Shown here: piece after piece, positions 11,872 to 24,645 of the stretch
Layout: every line of letters starts with the position of its first letter
How positions within the stretch are numbered: position 1 is the stretch's first letter
Assembly (NCBI GenBank): GCA_047967505.1
Contig: CM106538.1
Length of the DNA: 64,000 nucleotides
Source: Dipteris shenzhenensis
Lineage: Eukaryota
Direction: 5' to 3' (one strand)
Translations under genes and position numbers: made by a program
Notes under the pieces: generated by a model
Told to the model about the DNA's origin: nothing
Seen by the model: only the letters and a program-made list of their open reading frames with translations
Database searches by the model: none

Positions 11872-13439
11872 GGCCCACCCTTTCCGCCTGCTTGCCTCTT
11901 GATCTACTGTCTTTCCTTTGCATTGCTATCTCCTTCTGCCCTCCTCCTGCCCCCGCCTCTTGGCCCTCACTTCCTTCTCCTTTTCACTCGTATTCCTTAT
12001 TCCACCGCCATTCCGCAGCTTCCTCTCTCTCTCTCTCTCTCTCCCTTGTGTGTGAATTATTATTGGTTAAAGATTGCTTCCACTGATGTAGCCCGTAGCA
12101 TGAGGCACTTCAAGCAAAGAATCTTTTGAGATTCGATTCTCATATATCACGAGTCAAAGAGGCTTCGTGTTATACCAGTTCATAAACAAATTTTGGAACC
12201 ATAGTGTTTAAAGTTGCACAATCAACAATTGCGCTGTCATCAAAATATTTGGATATGCTACATGAACTCAGCCATAGGTCACAGTACCTTCATGTTATTG
12301 AGGTACAAAAGGTTACAGAACCTCAAGCTGATTTTTATGGTTAACGCATTGATAGATAACTTGAGCTACATAAATCTTGCTAAATCTTCTTGAACAATTG
12401 ATTCTGCAATCAAGATCTGGCACAGTCTAGTTATGTGCTTTTGTTCCATGCATACATGCATTTCAGAAAGTCAAAATCAACAGTTTTATTGTCTTTTTCT
12501 GATGACATGGACACCTATTGCAATGAGCAGTTTTATGAAGCGAAACTGAGGATCCAAGAGCTCTGGAGCCATCACAACCAACACCTCCACAAAGGAAAGA
12601 GAGATTCCCAAAGAGTACCTACAGACCTGTAAGCTTTAGAGCGTTATAAACTCACAGCATACTAGTCGACGAGGTGCTCAAGCACACCTACGATATTAGT
12701 TGCAGTCACACAAATACTATTCATCCCATTCTAACCAAAGCAAAGAAAGTATGCGACATTGTGATGAATCTGAAAAGACTCTTTTATTCATAGGTAGATG
12801 TGCGACAAGATAGACGACCTCCTACTCATGCTTACCAGCCTTGTTGCAGGTTCTACAAGCTATAGACTCAAAGACTGACTCATGTACGGATTCTAGAGAA
12901 AGATGGACTTGCTTTGCGAGTCGTGACACACCACGAGCTGCTTGAGAGTCGACTCTCATGAGCAATTCAACCTACCCAATCTGGGCCTGCGCAGGCCAAA
13001 AAGAAGCAGCTAGATCGCCATCCTCCCGGTCTTGTAGGAGCCAATGTCCATTCGCATCACGAACAGTTGCCTGCTTACCATGCAGGATCCAAATGGCAGC
13101 CATGCACTGCCCAGCTGCCATGCCACGTGATTCATGTACTACACAAGCCATTGAACACGTAGTAGAGCCGAATCTCCATGAGTTGACGATGTCTGCCAGC
13201 CAATGAGCCTAAGGGTCCTTCCACCCTTCCAATCATTTAGCCAACAAGACAAGCCCCCTAGAGCAGATTTCCTAACATTCCCCCCCAAATCCGAGCAGGG
13301 AAGAAACACCAAACAAGAACAATCTTGCGATATCAAACTTCAACCTGAAAAACTGAGCCACCGAAATCTTCTAAATAGACTAAAAGATGATCTATCCACG
13401 AAGAGCCAAGGCCAACTAAAAACACTGCACGCTTACGAA

Positions 13440-15792
13440 AGTTCTAGAACGCCCTGTCATGATCATCAATTTGTGTTTCCAAAAGTCTTGCAGGTTCATT
13501 CGGAGGTCCATCAACTGTACACACCTTTTCTTTGGAGTTCCCAAGCTGCTTATCTTTCGGTTGTTTGTAGAGAAACCATTCGGTATGGCCTTCCTTCCCA
13601 CAGTAGTGACATATCCATTGGTCCTTCCTCACCTCTTTAGTATCCTTTCACTTCTCTTTAACCATATCAGCTGGTTCACCGACAGGGAGATTGGACTCCA
13701 TGCGCATAAACTCAAGTCCTTCTGAATTTACACGTAAGTTCTGAACCAAAGCAGGATACGTGATAAAGGCAGAAAGAAAGAAAGAAAGAAAGTCAGTCTA
13801 TTTATGTCCACGGGAGACCATAGGTCTATGGGACAATAGAAAAACCATCTAGTACTTCAGCTTAGGGAGGGCACATGGCAGCTCCCAGGGAGTGCAAAAG
13901 GCAGCTCCAAGTATTTAGAGTACCTACATTATGACTTGGAAAAAACATATAATTGGCCATTCATAAGTTTAAGACTGAGAGTCTTTTGGCTTGGATTTAA
14001 ACTCTTTAATGAGTGTTCCGCCCTCACGGTATACAGCCATTTTCCATCATTCCTAGCAGCCTTGACCTTAGCTAATTCCGCTGCCTTACTTTTCAATTGA
14101 GATCGTGTAAGTTCTTCAACTATCCATATCTTAGCTCCTTTCAGCTTTTAGGATTGTCAGAGAAGCTTGACCCGTAGATCCCATGAGTTAAGCCTAATGA
14201 TAGCATGACCCGTAGATCCCGTGAGTTAAGACTGTAAGATACGAGTTGCTCTGGGTTCATCATCATCATCAAGAGCATCATACTTATCAACCATCCAATC
14301 TAGGTTAGGCATGGCTTCTTTGACATGTGCTAAGGTGTGGCTGAAAGAGTCCTCCTCTTTCTACCATCCTTTGGGGAATTTCCCTATTCTGATCTTCAAA
14401 GCATTACCACGCCTAGCTGCATGTTCTTTAATCTCTTCTTGAATGTCTGCCTTATTTACCTTTGCATCAAACTTCACAATGAGTCCCTTCTTAGCGGTCT
14501 GTACTTTAGTGTGAACTAAATCTTTGACTATGGAGACTAGCTGCGAGGTAGGGGGGAAGCCTTGCAAGACTTTACAACCTCATCCTCATCGATTGTTGCC
14601 TGCTTGCCAGGTCCTTCTAGAACGTGAATTCTAACTATTCCATCCACCAGTTGCATCTTTAACTCTCTGACCTGTTCTTGTAGATAAAAAATCTGTTCAT
14701 GGTGCCCAATGATGGGTCGGTCCAGACCTCCTCGTAGGTATGTGTGTGCATACGGAGAGGGTGTCTCGGCTGTAAGATATTGGGTATTCACATACGGAGA
14801 TGGTGTCAAAGCTGCAACTGTGGCGTATTGGGCCCTGCTGTTTGAGGTTGTTGGGGTTGAGGGGGGTGACTTTGAGGAAAGTCTCGGCCATTCCTTGCTG
14901 GCCATGTTTGTTGCTACCCCTTGGTTGAGCTAACCCTCCGATTGGGTTGGTTCAGCCCAGCTAGGGGTTAACCCCTGTCAAGGTTGGGTCAGGTCAGGGG
15001 CAACCTAGGTTAGGTTAGATTAGGTTTTTTTTTTTTTTTTTTTTTTTTGGGGGGGGGGGTGTTTTTGCTGTCAACACAGTTGGAAGGGGGGGTAGAGTGT
15101 CTTGGTTGCTGTCGGCGGTGGCGTTGTTGGTGCTATTGGCGGCACCTACTGCTACTGGTTGAGGCCTGCAAGGGCTAGCTGAGGTTGGCGAGGGCTGACG
15201 ACGGGCTGGTTGAGGCTGGTGAGGGCTGGTTGAGGAGCTAGGCCGACGGGAGAGCTGGCCGACGAGAGAGCTAGGTGACGGGAGATTTAGCCGATAGGAT
15301 AGGGAGACGAGGAGCTAAGAGAAGTATTGCCTTCGAGTCTTCATCATCAACTTTTGATCCAAGTGCTGTCAACTGCTTCAAAATTAATTGCATCAGATTT
15401 AAACAAGTGCCGAGGCTCTTAGTATCTCCCACTCGAAAGCCGAAAATTCTTGTTTCAGCAAAGCCTTCGAATTCTTCATCTTGGTTCCAATAATGTTTCA
15501 AGTACTCCCCAATTATCTGCTGCAGATTTCGTGATGTCCATGTGCTGAAAGTATTCATGGACCAATGCTCTTCCCAGTATGCCTACAACCTTCTCATTTT
15601 TATACTCCCAAGCAGACAACTTGTCGGCTTTATTGCCCGAGCCCTTGGGTTTCTTCTCTGTCCGTGAGACCACTCCCATAGGCCTTTCTGCATGAGATAC
15701 AACCTAGTGCTCAGCTTCTACGAAGCGAAATTCAGGCCATTGAATTGTAGAGAAGAAATTTCCGTCGACTTGTCCTTCTTCCATGGATCCAT
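13440..15792 (-). pseudogene. copia gag (DUF4219/UBN2-like plus zinc knuckle), split by an insertion
   Basis: FNGLNFAS*K...YLMQKGLW, QLTALGSKVDDEDSKAILL | LP..YPALVQNL, WICHYCGKEGH. Confidence 0.8.
13772..15316 (-). mobile_element. ORF1-only non-LTR retroelement derivative with (TTTC)5 tail, inserted in copia gag
   Basis: Interrupts gag between 'AILL' and 'LP'. Decayed ORF from ATG 14905 ends in IIRLNSWDLRVKLL..KLKGAKIWIVEELTRSQLKSKAAELAKVKAARNDGK, a LINE ORF1 RRM/CTD-like motif. Tandem-repeat tail at 13772-13791. Confidence 0.65.
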
Positions 15793-16796
15793 GATGCTTG
15801 ACTGTCTTATCAGGACAGCTACGACCAGCCACGAGTGACCAACAGCTCTCTAAAATTTCTAGCAAGATGAGCTTGCTCTTCTAAACACACAAAACCTGTA
15901 GACGACTATGCTCATGGATTGCTCTCCACAATCTTTCAGGCCTTACTAACAAGAACCTTCACCAACTAGACGCTTAGAAAAATCTCGTCAAGCTTTGATA
16001 AGTGCACACACCCTCTTAGACTCTGACGCTTTCATATCAATTGTAAGATTTAGAGTGTTATAAAAATCCATAGCATGCTAGACGAGACGCTCAAGCACAC
16101 ATACAATATTAGTTGCAGACACAAATAATCTTTATCTCATTCTAACCAAAGCAAAGAAAGTATGTGACACTGTGACGAATCCAAAAGACTATTTTATTCA
16201 TAGACAGACACGTGAGAGGATTGATGACCTCCTGCTCATGCTTACCAGCCTTGTTGCAGGTTTTGCAAGCTATAGACTCAAAGACCAACTCATCTACAAA
16301 CTCTAGAGCAAGATGGACTTGCTTTGCAACACACCATGAGCTGCCTGGGAGTCGACTCTCATGAGCAATTCAACCGACCCAATTAGGGGAGCTAACGTCC
16401 ATATGTATCACAAATAGTCGCCTGCTTACCATGCTTGATCCAAATGGCAACCAAGCACTGCCCAGCTGCCACACCACGTGATTCATGTATTACACAAGCC
16501 ATTGAACATGTAGTATAGCCGAATCTCCACACGTTGATGATGTTTACCGGCCAATGAGCCTAAGGGTACTTCTAGTTTTCCAATCCTTTAGCCAACAAGA
16601 TTTGCTAACAAGACCTTGGAGAGTCAAGCACTTCAATTGAGGATCCAAAGTGTAATACATATTCTCTATGGGGATCTCAAAGGCTAAGGATGTAGGGGAA
16701 CCACTAACAGATGGTTACCAATTCTCAGTAGCTTCTCGACGTTGAATGAAAGCAACAGTCAATAGTATGTACTTGCAAGGTGGGGAGGGTTCGACC

Positions 16797-17161
16797 TTGA
16801 GGGGGGATACTGGAGGTCAATGCTCCACCCTCTGTTGCCGTTTATTATAGATTAGTTGCTCTCTCGTAAGGCCTGCAAATGAGGAGAACCCATGAGCATG
16901 TTAGCGTAGGGGAAGATGAGATGCATCATGTAGCAGCTACTCATCATCACAAGAGCTGCATGTTAGGGAGACCTCCAAGCAGTCCCGGACAATTCCAGGC
17001 TGCATGCAGCCACTCACATGCCACCTCAGATGAGGATGTGGCTCATGGGCCACATGGCAAACACTTGGACTTGTTTGGCTACATGGATTGCTGTAGAGAT
17101 GTTGTGGCAGCAGCCACATATGATTGCTCAGCCACATGGTAGATCAGCCACCTGGCAGTAG
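16797..17161 (+). repeat. PPT plus partial LTR related to the 41716/45688 copia LTR family
   Basis: TTGAGGGGGGA followed by TCAATGCTCCAC and GTAAG..ATGAGGAGAA, shared with the LTR at 45688. Confidence 0.55.
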
Positions 17162-17766
17162 TGTTAGATTATGAGTAGCGTGGTATGAACACACCCTTGG
17201 GGCACTTTTCCCTCCAGCTAGGAGGTTTTTCCCTTCAAGGTTAGTATCAGGTTAGCTTCCTTTGTAGAGTATATATTTCTCATTTTGGTCATTCTTTGAA
17301 ACACAATTTTTGTATCCTCAATAGATCTCCATATTTTGGTGTTCTCCTCTCACCTCAGTTTCCAACATTTGGTATCAGAGCCCTACTCCTCTAGTAGCTT
17401 AAGCTAGTCTTCCTTCAAGAGAAGATCCTCCAAAAAAGAATCTATCTTTTAAAGACCTTGAGGGGTGAAAACGGGAGCCGACCTGATGCACAATGAAGTA
17501 AGGGTGGGGGTGGCTTTTGCTTGTTGATTCAATCATTTGTCTAAGTTTGGGAGGAAAATATGTATTCTTAGAGTTGTCGTCCGCCACAAGATTTCGAGTT
17601 ATGTTGTCCTTGTGAGCCTTGTGTCTCAATATTGTGTGAAGAGCTATTTCGTCCTCGTGACCTGTAAGCTGCCGCGGCCTTGATCATCCTCGTGACCCAT
17701 GTGGAGCTATTTCATCCTAGGTATTGTGCACGACTTGCTTTGTCGGTATACCTTTGTACAATGGTC

Positions 17767-18111
17767 GTGTTATGAGTCGGCGTACGCGGACTCCCCAGTG
17801 GCACGTAGATACTTGCTTTCAAAACCATCTATCTTTTTTACTGTTCTTTTGTAAGCTATATAGCTAATGACTACTAAACATGTGATTTCTTTACAAGTTT
17901 ATAAATACTAAAAACTGTATGGTTTGTGTCTACCAAAAACATCTTTTTAAAAAAATTTTCATGGAAATAACTTCAAATTTCTTACAAAAAAAAGCTCTTC
18001 TTTATGAAAATAATCCTTTCAAATCACAAAAGATAAACTATTAACTAAGAGCTTTGAATAGCTTTGAAACATGTGCCAGTGGGTGGTCCGCATATGCCGA
18101 CCGGTAACTAC
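17767..18111. mobile_element. MITE-like element with ~40-bp imperfect inverted termini and AT-rich core
   Basis: GTGTTATGAGTCGGCGTACGCGGACTCCCCAGTGGCACGT (17767-17806) versus the reverse complement of 18071-18111, GTAGTTACCGGTCGGCATATGCGGACCACCCACTGGCACAT. No clear TSD. Confidence 0.6.
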
Positions 18112-18799
18112 TCGCACATGGATGTGAAATATTAAGGCAGATTATCACGTCTATAACCATCCAATTATGTGGGGAGGGGGCAATATGATTGGCCCTCATT
18201 GTATGTGGTTACTGTCTCTTCCATATTTCGTAGCCAGATTTAGTCAGTACATTGGGACATTTGTAGTGTTGTATCTTGTTGGCATTATAGATTTTGGAGC
18301 TTGTGCAAGTTGGAACAGATTTGCAGATTGAATGTGAAATCTGGGGCTTTTGTCAAATTTAGTTGTATTTGTTTGTAAAATTTGGGGCTTTTGCAAACAA
18401 ACAAGTTGACATTTGCAAGAACTTGAAAAAATTTAGAGTTTTGCAAGTTCTTTTTCATACATTTGGGCCTTAAGCTATGGTAGCAACTTTTGAGTCTAGT
18501 GTAAACTCATGGCAATATTTATAGATATTTGGACTCAATGTGAGTTACATTTTTTGGGTAAGATTGCAAGCAAGTTTTTTGGTTCAGAAGAGCCCCTACA
18601 AGATACTAAGGCCCCCAAAGCTAAAAGTAAGATGAATTCAAACCTGTCCAAAGGGACTTGGATGAGGATGAGGATGATAAGGCTGACCTATGCCAAGTCC
18701 TGGGGCATTTAAGTCATACATGGCCAAGATCATAAATTACTCTTAGAGCAAGCCAAAAGGATGGCGGAGGAAGGAAATCAGCAATGCTTTGATGGACCG

Positions 18800-19020
18800 G
18801 CCAAGGTTAAAAGAGGTGAACCTAGCGGTAATAGATGAGGACCCTAAACCAATCTACATCGCTGATGATCTTGTGCCAGGACAAGAAGAGGCCCTAGTTT
18901 CACTCCTATGAGAATATGAGGATTGCTTCGCATAGAAGTACTCCGACATGAAAGGGGTAGCTTGAAGTGGTAAAACATTCTATCCCCGTGATGGATGACG
19001 TGAGACCGTATGAGCATCGA
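18800..19020 (+). pseudogene. Ty3/gypsy (Tat/Athila-like) pol fragment, pre-RT region
   Basis: KPIYIADDL...EEALVSLL*EYEDCFA*KYSDMKG...KHSIP. Confidence 0.6.
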
Positions 19021-20658
19021 AGCAAAAGATGTTTAGACAATCTAGTTAATAGGGTAACACAATAGTTAAGATAGAAATAATTTATCGCAAGAACAGGAAG
19101 CCAAAGTTTTTTGCATTTTATTGTAATGGCTGAAAAGGAATCAGACTTCAAGGTACAGACACTCCAGATGGATAGAGGGGGGGAATTCTAGTCAAGTGCA
19201 TTCAAAGGAGGGGATAAAGCATCGGTGTACTATGTCATATACACCAGAGATGAATGGTGCTGCTGAAAGAAAGAATAGGACCTCGGTGGAGATGACAAGA
19301 TGTGTGGTAAAGGGCAAACATATGCCTCACGCCATTATGTGTGCAGCCCACATTCTATATAGTTGTCCTACAAAGGCTTTGAAAACATCACTCCATTTGA
19401 GGTTTGGTATGATAGAAAGACTAAGGTTGACTATCTGCGGACTTTTGGTAGCCTTGCTTACGTTCACGTTCCTTCGCAGATGAGACACAAGCTAGATGAC
19501 AAGCTGTCAAATGCATATTTGTTGATTACAGCAGTGGCAGACAGTAGAGACGTGTTGTTTGCGGAAGGTTCACCTCCCTCAGCCACTTGTAGACTTCAGC
19601 AAACAGATGACATACAGCCTGCAAGATATGTTTCAAGGATTACTGCCATTGGGCAGAGAGGTCCATGAAATGCCTAATGGACAGGATGTAATGGCCTTGG
19701 GCAGAGAGGTCCATGAAGACTAATCGCTTGTACTGCCTAATGGACAGCATGTAGAGGCAGAAAATCGGGATGATCGTGCATTGCTTCCACTCTGTGTTCA
19801 ACCACAGGAGCCACGTTGGTCCTTGTGATTGACAACATCTTTGACATTGTTCGCCCAAGCCGTTTCTCCTTTGTTCCAGGGGACACTAACATACACGGGC
19901 TTTCACCTTCTGGATTGTATTAAGGAAGGATGGATGCATCCAGTTATACATGGAGAAAGTAGTTTAGGAAGAGAGAGCAGCCTTGGAACAAGCTAGAAAG
20001 GTTCCACGTGGGCTGATCTGTACTATGTAGGAGAATAAGCTGTCAGCTCCTCTACCCAGTAGGACATGAGTTAGTGCAATAAATTCTTGAGACGATGCAG
20101 ATGTGGCATGCCTGAGCAGTCTCCATGATGCAAATAAGCCTGGTTCATTTGAAGAAGATCAAGAAGATGAAGATTGGCAGGAAGCTTTGCAACGAGCGTT
20201 GAGAACGTGAATGCAATTCATAAAAATGGCATATGGGGTTCATAAAAATGGCATATGGGACCTAGTGGATCTGCCACATGGTAAGAAGCCTGTAGGCACT
20301 AAGTGGGTATATAAAGTTGAGAAAATCTAATGGTACCATTGACAGTACAAAGCCAAACTTGTGGCCAAAGGCTATGCTCAGCAGGAGGGCATAGATTTTG
20401 AAGAGACTTTTGCTCCTACATCTAAGCTTCCCACTATTAGATGTATAGTTGCATTGGCTTCCATCGCAGATGGAATGTGCATCAGTTGGACATAAAAACA
20501 GCCTTCTCAAATGTGGGAGGGCAGGAATAAGTTTTTGTGACATAGCCCATTGGTTTTGTTGAGTCTGGTCGTGAAAAAGTTGAGAAAAGCCCTTTATGAT
20601 CTCAAACAAGCTCCCAAAGCTCAGCATGAGAAGATACATACCTATTTGATGAGCCAGT

Positions 20659-21165
20659 GGAGATTGAGAGTGCGGAGTGCCTTTGCTTCCGCTAGATACC
20701 GCGGGTCAGACAGCAAATACCTCGGATGCCAGGTGGGTATTGATATTACAAAAGAGCAGCAGATCGCCCCGGTCCTCGAGAGTGTCCGGCGCAAGCTTCT
20801 CTACTGGAGCTCAGCCAAACTCTCCCTAGCGGACCGTGCCTTAGTGGCAAAACAGGTCCTTGCCACGGTCTGGTACATTGCCTCTTGCAGGTGTTTTCAC
20901 AGAGGGTGCATTAGACAGCTCCGACGTTTGGTTCGGAATTTCCTTTGGGCAGGATCGGACGGCACGAGGAATACTAGAGCTCGGGTCGCTTGGCAGACGG
21001 TGATCAAGCCACAAGCATTGGGAGGCTTGGGTATCATTGATCTAAGGTTGCAGATCAGAGCCCTCTTGGGCAAGTTGGTTGTGCGCGGCCTCACCCCTAG
21101 CGCAAAGCCTTGGAAGCTCCTCTTACAGCAAGGGCTTCTTAGGAACACCCCATGCACTGGGGGCA
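20659..21165 (+). pseudogene. L1 LINE RT C-terminal fragment
   Basis: KYLGCQVG...LSLADRALVAKQVL...LVRNFLWAG...GGLGIID; homologous to 3700-3990. Confidence 0.9.
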
Positions 21166-21169
21166 GCTC

Positions 21170-21672
21170 AACCCGGGTTTTATAGGAGTAGAAATGGGCT
21201 TGTAATACTCAAACTCAGCCCGGGTTCTATAGGAGTAGAAATGGGCTAGCAATTCTGAAAACCAAACTTACGTAGGAGCTTCTGTATGCACTTGGACTGA
21301 AGCAGCACTATGCCTTCATCTGCTTGCACAAACTGTATGCCCAAGTAATAGTGCAAAAGACCTAGATCTAACATCTCAAATGTCTGCTATAAATCGTCTT
21401 TGAAAGCTGAGATGGCATCCTCATTTTCCCCATTCAGCAGCATGTCATCCACGTACAAATGCCTTCATCTGACTGCACAAATTCTATGCCCTAGTAATAG
21501 TGCAAAAGACCTAGATCTAGCATCTCAAATGTCTGCTGTAAGTCGTTTTTGAAAGCTGAGATAGCATCCTCATTTTCCCCAGTCAGTAGCATGTCATCCA
21601 CGTACAGAACGAGTACAAAAAGAACACCATGATCATCTTTAGCATAGATCTTAGTTGGGATGTTTTTGAAAC
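21170..21672 (-). pseudogene. Inverted copia RT segment with internal tandem duplications
   Basis: LVLYVDDMLLTG...FEMLDLGLLHYY occurs twice (21460-21605 and 21310-21458); ISTPIEPG is also duplicated. Confidence 0.9.
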
Positions 21673-21674
21673 TA

Positions 21675-22030
21675 AATCGATGGATTTTGTCCAGCTGATC
21701 CGTGCACCCGAGGGCTCGCAATAGATAGCCATGGCTTCCTTGACTCTCTCCAAGCTTACTGTGGTGCCCTCTATGTACAAAACTGTGTCATCTGCAACCT
21801 CTGAGTCTAGCAACTCCTCCTCCTGTCTAATTGGGAGCCTCAACCCTGTGTGGCCCACCACCTGCAATATCCAGTAGTAGCCCAATGCCACCTGCAATAT
21901 CCAGTAGTAGCCCAATGCCTCCGCCACAAAAAGGAAAAGAAAGGGAGCTAGGGGACAGCCCTGACGGACCGAGTGATAGAGAGGAAAGGCCTCGACCGTG
22001 TGTCCACCGACAAGCATCTTACTAGAGCTC
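21675..22030 (-). pseudogene. L1 LINE RT core fragment
   Basis: SVRQGCPLAPFLF...EVADDTVLY...GARISWTKS. Confidence 0.9.
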
Positions 22031-23134
22031 CCCGAATGGAGGCGGCAGGGTGGAGGTGGGATGTAGGTGGAAGGAGGCGGGTGGGCGGAAGGAGAAGGCG
22101 GGGTGGAGGTGGATGAAGGCAGGATGAAGAGGAAGAAGGAGGCGGGAGGAGGTTGGGTGGAGAGGATGCAAGGAGGAGGAGGGGGGAGGCGAGGCGGAGA
22201 GGAGGCAAGAGGGTGGAGGCTGAGGCGAAAGGAGGCAGGAGGCGGGAGCTCAGGAGCAGCAGCAGTTTCCGTCAAGAACCGATATGGGGTTCCCATGTGC
22301 GAAATGCTTAGTTCGTCAACCAGGGTTGAGTTTGGTTTTCAGGATCGCAAACTCATTTCTTCTCCTATGGAATTCATTTCTACTCCTATTGCACCCGGTC
22401 TGATGCAAGAGAGCCCTATAGATATGGGTTTGTATAGCCGGGCAAGTGGCTCTCTTATATATATGTGAAACATTTGAGCAGACAGTCAGTTTGTTGTTTC
22501 CCAGGTCAGCAAGTTTTTGCACAGTCCCGGTACTAAGCATTGGCAAGAAGCTAAGCGTATTTTCCATTACCTATAGGATAGGGTACACAGAATCTTGGAT
22601 TGTTTGATTATGATATTCGACAGTCTACCAGTTGGAATTGTTTTGTTTCTGGCAAGTCATGAGTATCTTGGTTAAGTAAGAGACAACCCACTGTTTCCAC
22701 CTCTTCATGTGAGGTTTTGGGTACAGGGCAGCTTGGCCACCTATTTTCTATGGTAAATTGTGTATGGCTGAAGAGGTTACTTGGAGATCTTCATGAGTGA
22801 TAGCAGACACATACTACCTTCTCACTGACAATCAAGGAATCCAATTTTTCATCCCCATACCAAGCACATTGAGACTCTCCATCATTGTGAGGCTTCATGC
22901 AGGGGAGATCACATTGACCTACTGCTCTAAATAGGACAATTTTGTTTATCTATTCACCAAGGCACTAACCAGAGAAAAGTTTAAAGCTTTCCACAAAGCT
23001 TTAGACTTGTTTTCTTGTGGCAATTGATCCAATGCTCTGTACATGTTGACACTATCACTATAGTGTGGATTTGTTAGATTATGAGTTGTGGTGTAAACAC
23101 ACCCTCGGGGGACTTCTTCCTCCAATCTGGAAGA

Positions 23135-24645
23135 TGAGCTAATAGACTCTTGAGTTCACAGATGACACGATCCTCTTTGTTAAGGGATTGGATGTGAGGG
23201 TGGGACTCCACTTGTGTTGGGACAGTGATTTGGATCAACTAGCACAAGTGATTGGGCTGCTACTTTGAGACAAAGTTCTTCACTTGGGGCGACTTTCAAA
23301 ATGCATCCCAAAAGGGTAGCTATAATGTTATGAGAGGTTGGGGGGTGAGTAACAAGTGGCATTGGTATTGGAGAATATCTATGTTATATTGTCGCTCCAC
23401 AAAGCTCTCCCTTGCAGGCAGAGCGTTCGTGGTTAGCCAAGTGCTGCTAGCTACAGCGTGGAAAATTGTACCTTGTTGGTGTTTCCATAGGAGATGGTTG
23501 GGACAGCTTTCATAAGTGGTGCACAGCTTTCAATGGGTAGGATCAAATGGCACACAAGATAATAGAGCTTGGGCTCTTGGGAGACTGCTATTCATAGTCT
23601 GAGGGGGGGTTAGGCATGACGACCAGAGATGCAGAGCAGTGGTTTAGGCATCTTTGACAGAGAAATGTAGAGGATAGCACTTCTGGGCAAGCTTATAGTG
23701 CAAGGCCTACTCCTAGTTTTAAACCCTAAAATCCACTACTGTAGCATGGTCTACTCTAAAACACTCCAATGATGGGGGAAGCATGTTAGTCCTCTCACAC
23801 ATGGGTTTTTTCAAAGGCCCCCTTCCCTAGAATGGGTTTCCCAATTTTGAGGTGCTCGATGAGGGTGTGGGGGTACATTCGCACCGGTATTATGTCAGCC
23901 AGCCTCAACGCAATGAGGAGATGAGACAACCAATCACATAGCATTATAGGGTCCTTTGCAAAAAAAGAAAAAAGCATTATAGGGTCCTTGACTAGGATTC
24001 CAGGCATGAGGAAGTACATTGGGTCGGGCAGAATGGGATAGTGCCTGGCCAAGTCCATTGGGACATGCAGCAAATTATTACCAACTCAATGTCTTCTTGC
24101 ATGAGAGGGGCAATATGACAGATAGAGGTGAATGAGGCAGCCATTTCATAGGCTTGGGGAGTGGGTTTGCATTAAGAGGATGCAGATCCTTGTCACTCTG
24201 GGTGGGACAGTTCTCTCAAATTGGAGTTGCCCTCTCAGGCTCTTCTGCCTTGACTACACCTGTAGGCTGGGAGAAAATGGAACACACTGATTAGAGCCCT
24301 CATCGATGTTGTACATTGTAGCCTTTGGTGGGATCCTGCCGATAGAGTATCCCACCATACCTAGGTGTCTCACCATGGTAACTCTAGTTGTGGGATGGCC
24401 GTCCCCTTAGAGACGTGTAGTGGGGCATTCGTTAGTGTTTTGGGCCACTTAAGGTCTGGCAGCCCATGCAAGACGGTGGGCAGCATGCAAGCATGGCATA
24501 TCTGGGCTGTGCATTGTAGCCTAGTGATTGGGGGACTGCATATCCAACCTGCTGCCACCGTTGCTAACATCTTTCTTCACATCATTTACACCTTGCGCTC
24601 AATTTAGGAGCAAGGTATAGAGGGCTCTAGGAATATCACAGAGCA
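23135..24645 (+). pseudogene. Decayed L1 LINE ORF2 fragments
   Basis: FTDDTILF at ~23155, KLSLAGRAFVVSQVLLATAW at ~23400, LLGKLIVQG at ~23680, zf-RVT/3' end remnants at 24400-24640. Confidence 0.7.

Larger units (their letters stand above)
12628..16610 (-). mobile_element. Non-autonomous (gag-only) Ty1/copia LTR element, old
   Basis: Diverged direct repeats 12628-13277 and 16042-16610 (TGTAAG...CTAACA), TSD AGACC (12623-12627 and 16611-16615), minus-strand PPT (TTCCCCCCC at 13278), copia gag on minus strand, no pol. Confidence 0.88.
17162..23135 (+). mobile_element. Heavily decayed and rearranged Ty1/copia element with nested fragments
   Basis: LTR-like 17162-17367 (TGTTAG...CCAACA) with PBS at 17370 and a matching LTR start at 23072. 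Integrase YTPEMNGAAERKNRT at ~19230, [15 protein letters not shown] at ~20300 and KALYDLKQAP at ~20590, RNase H end FTKAL at ~22955. Confidence 0.7.
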
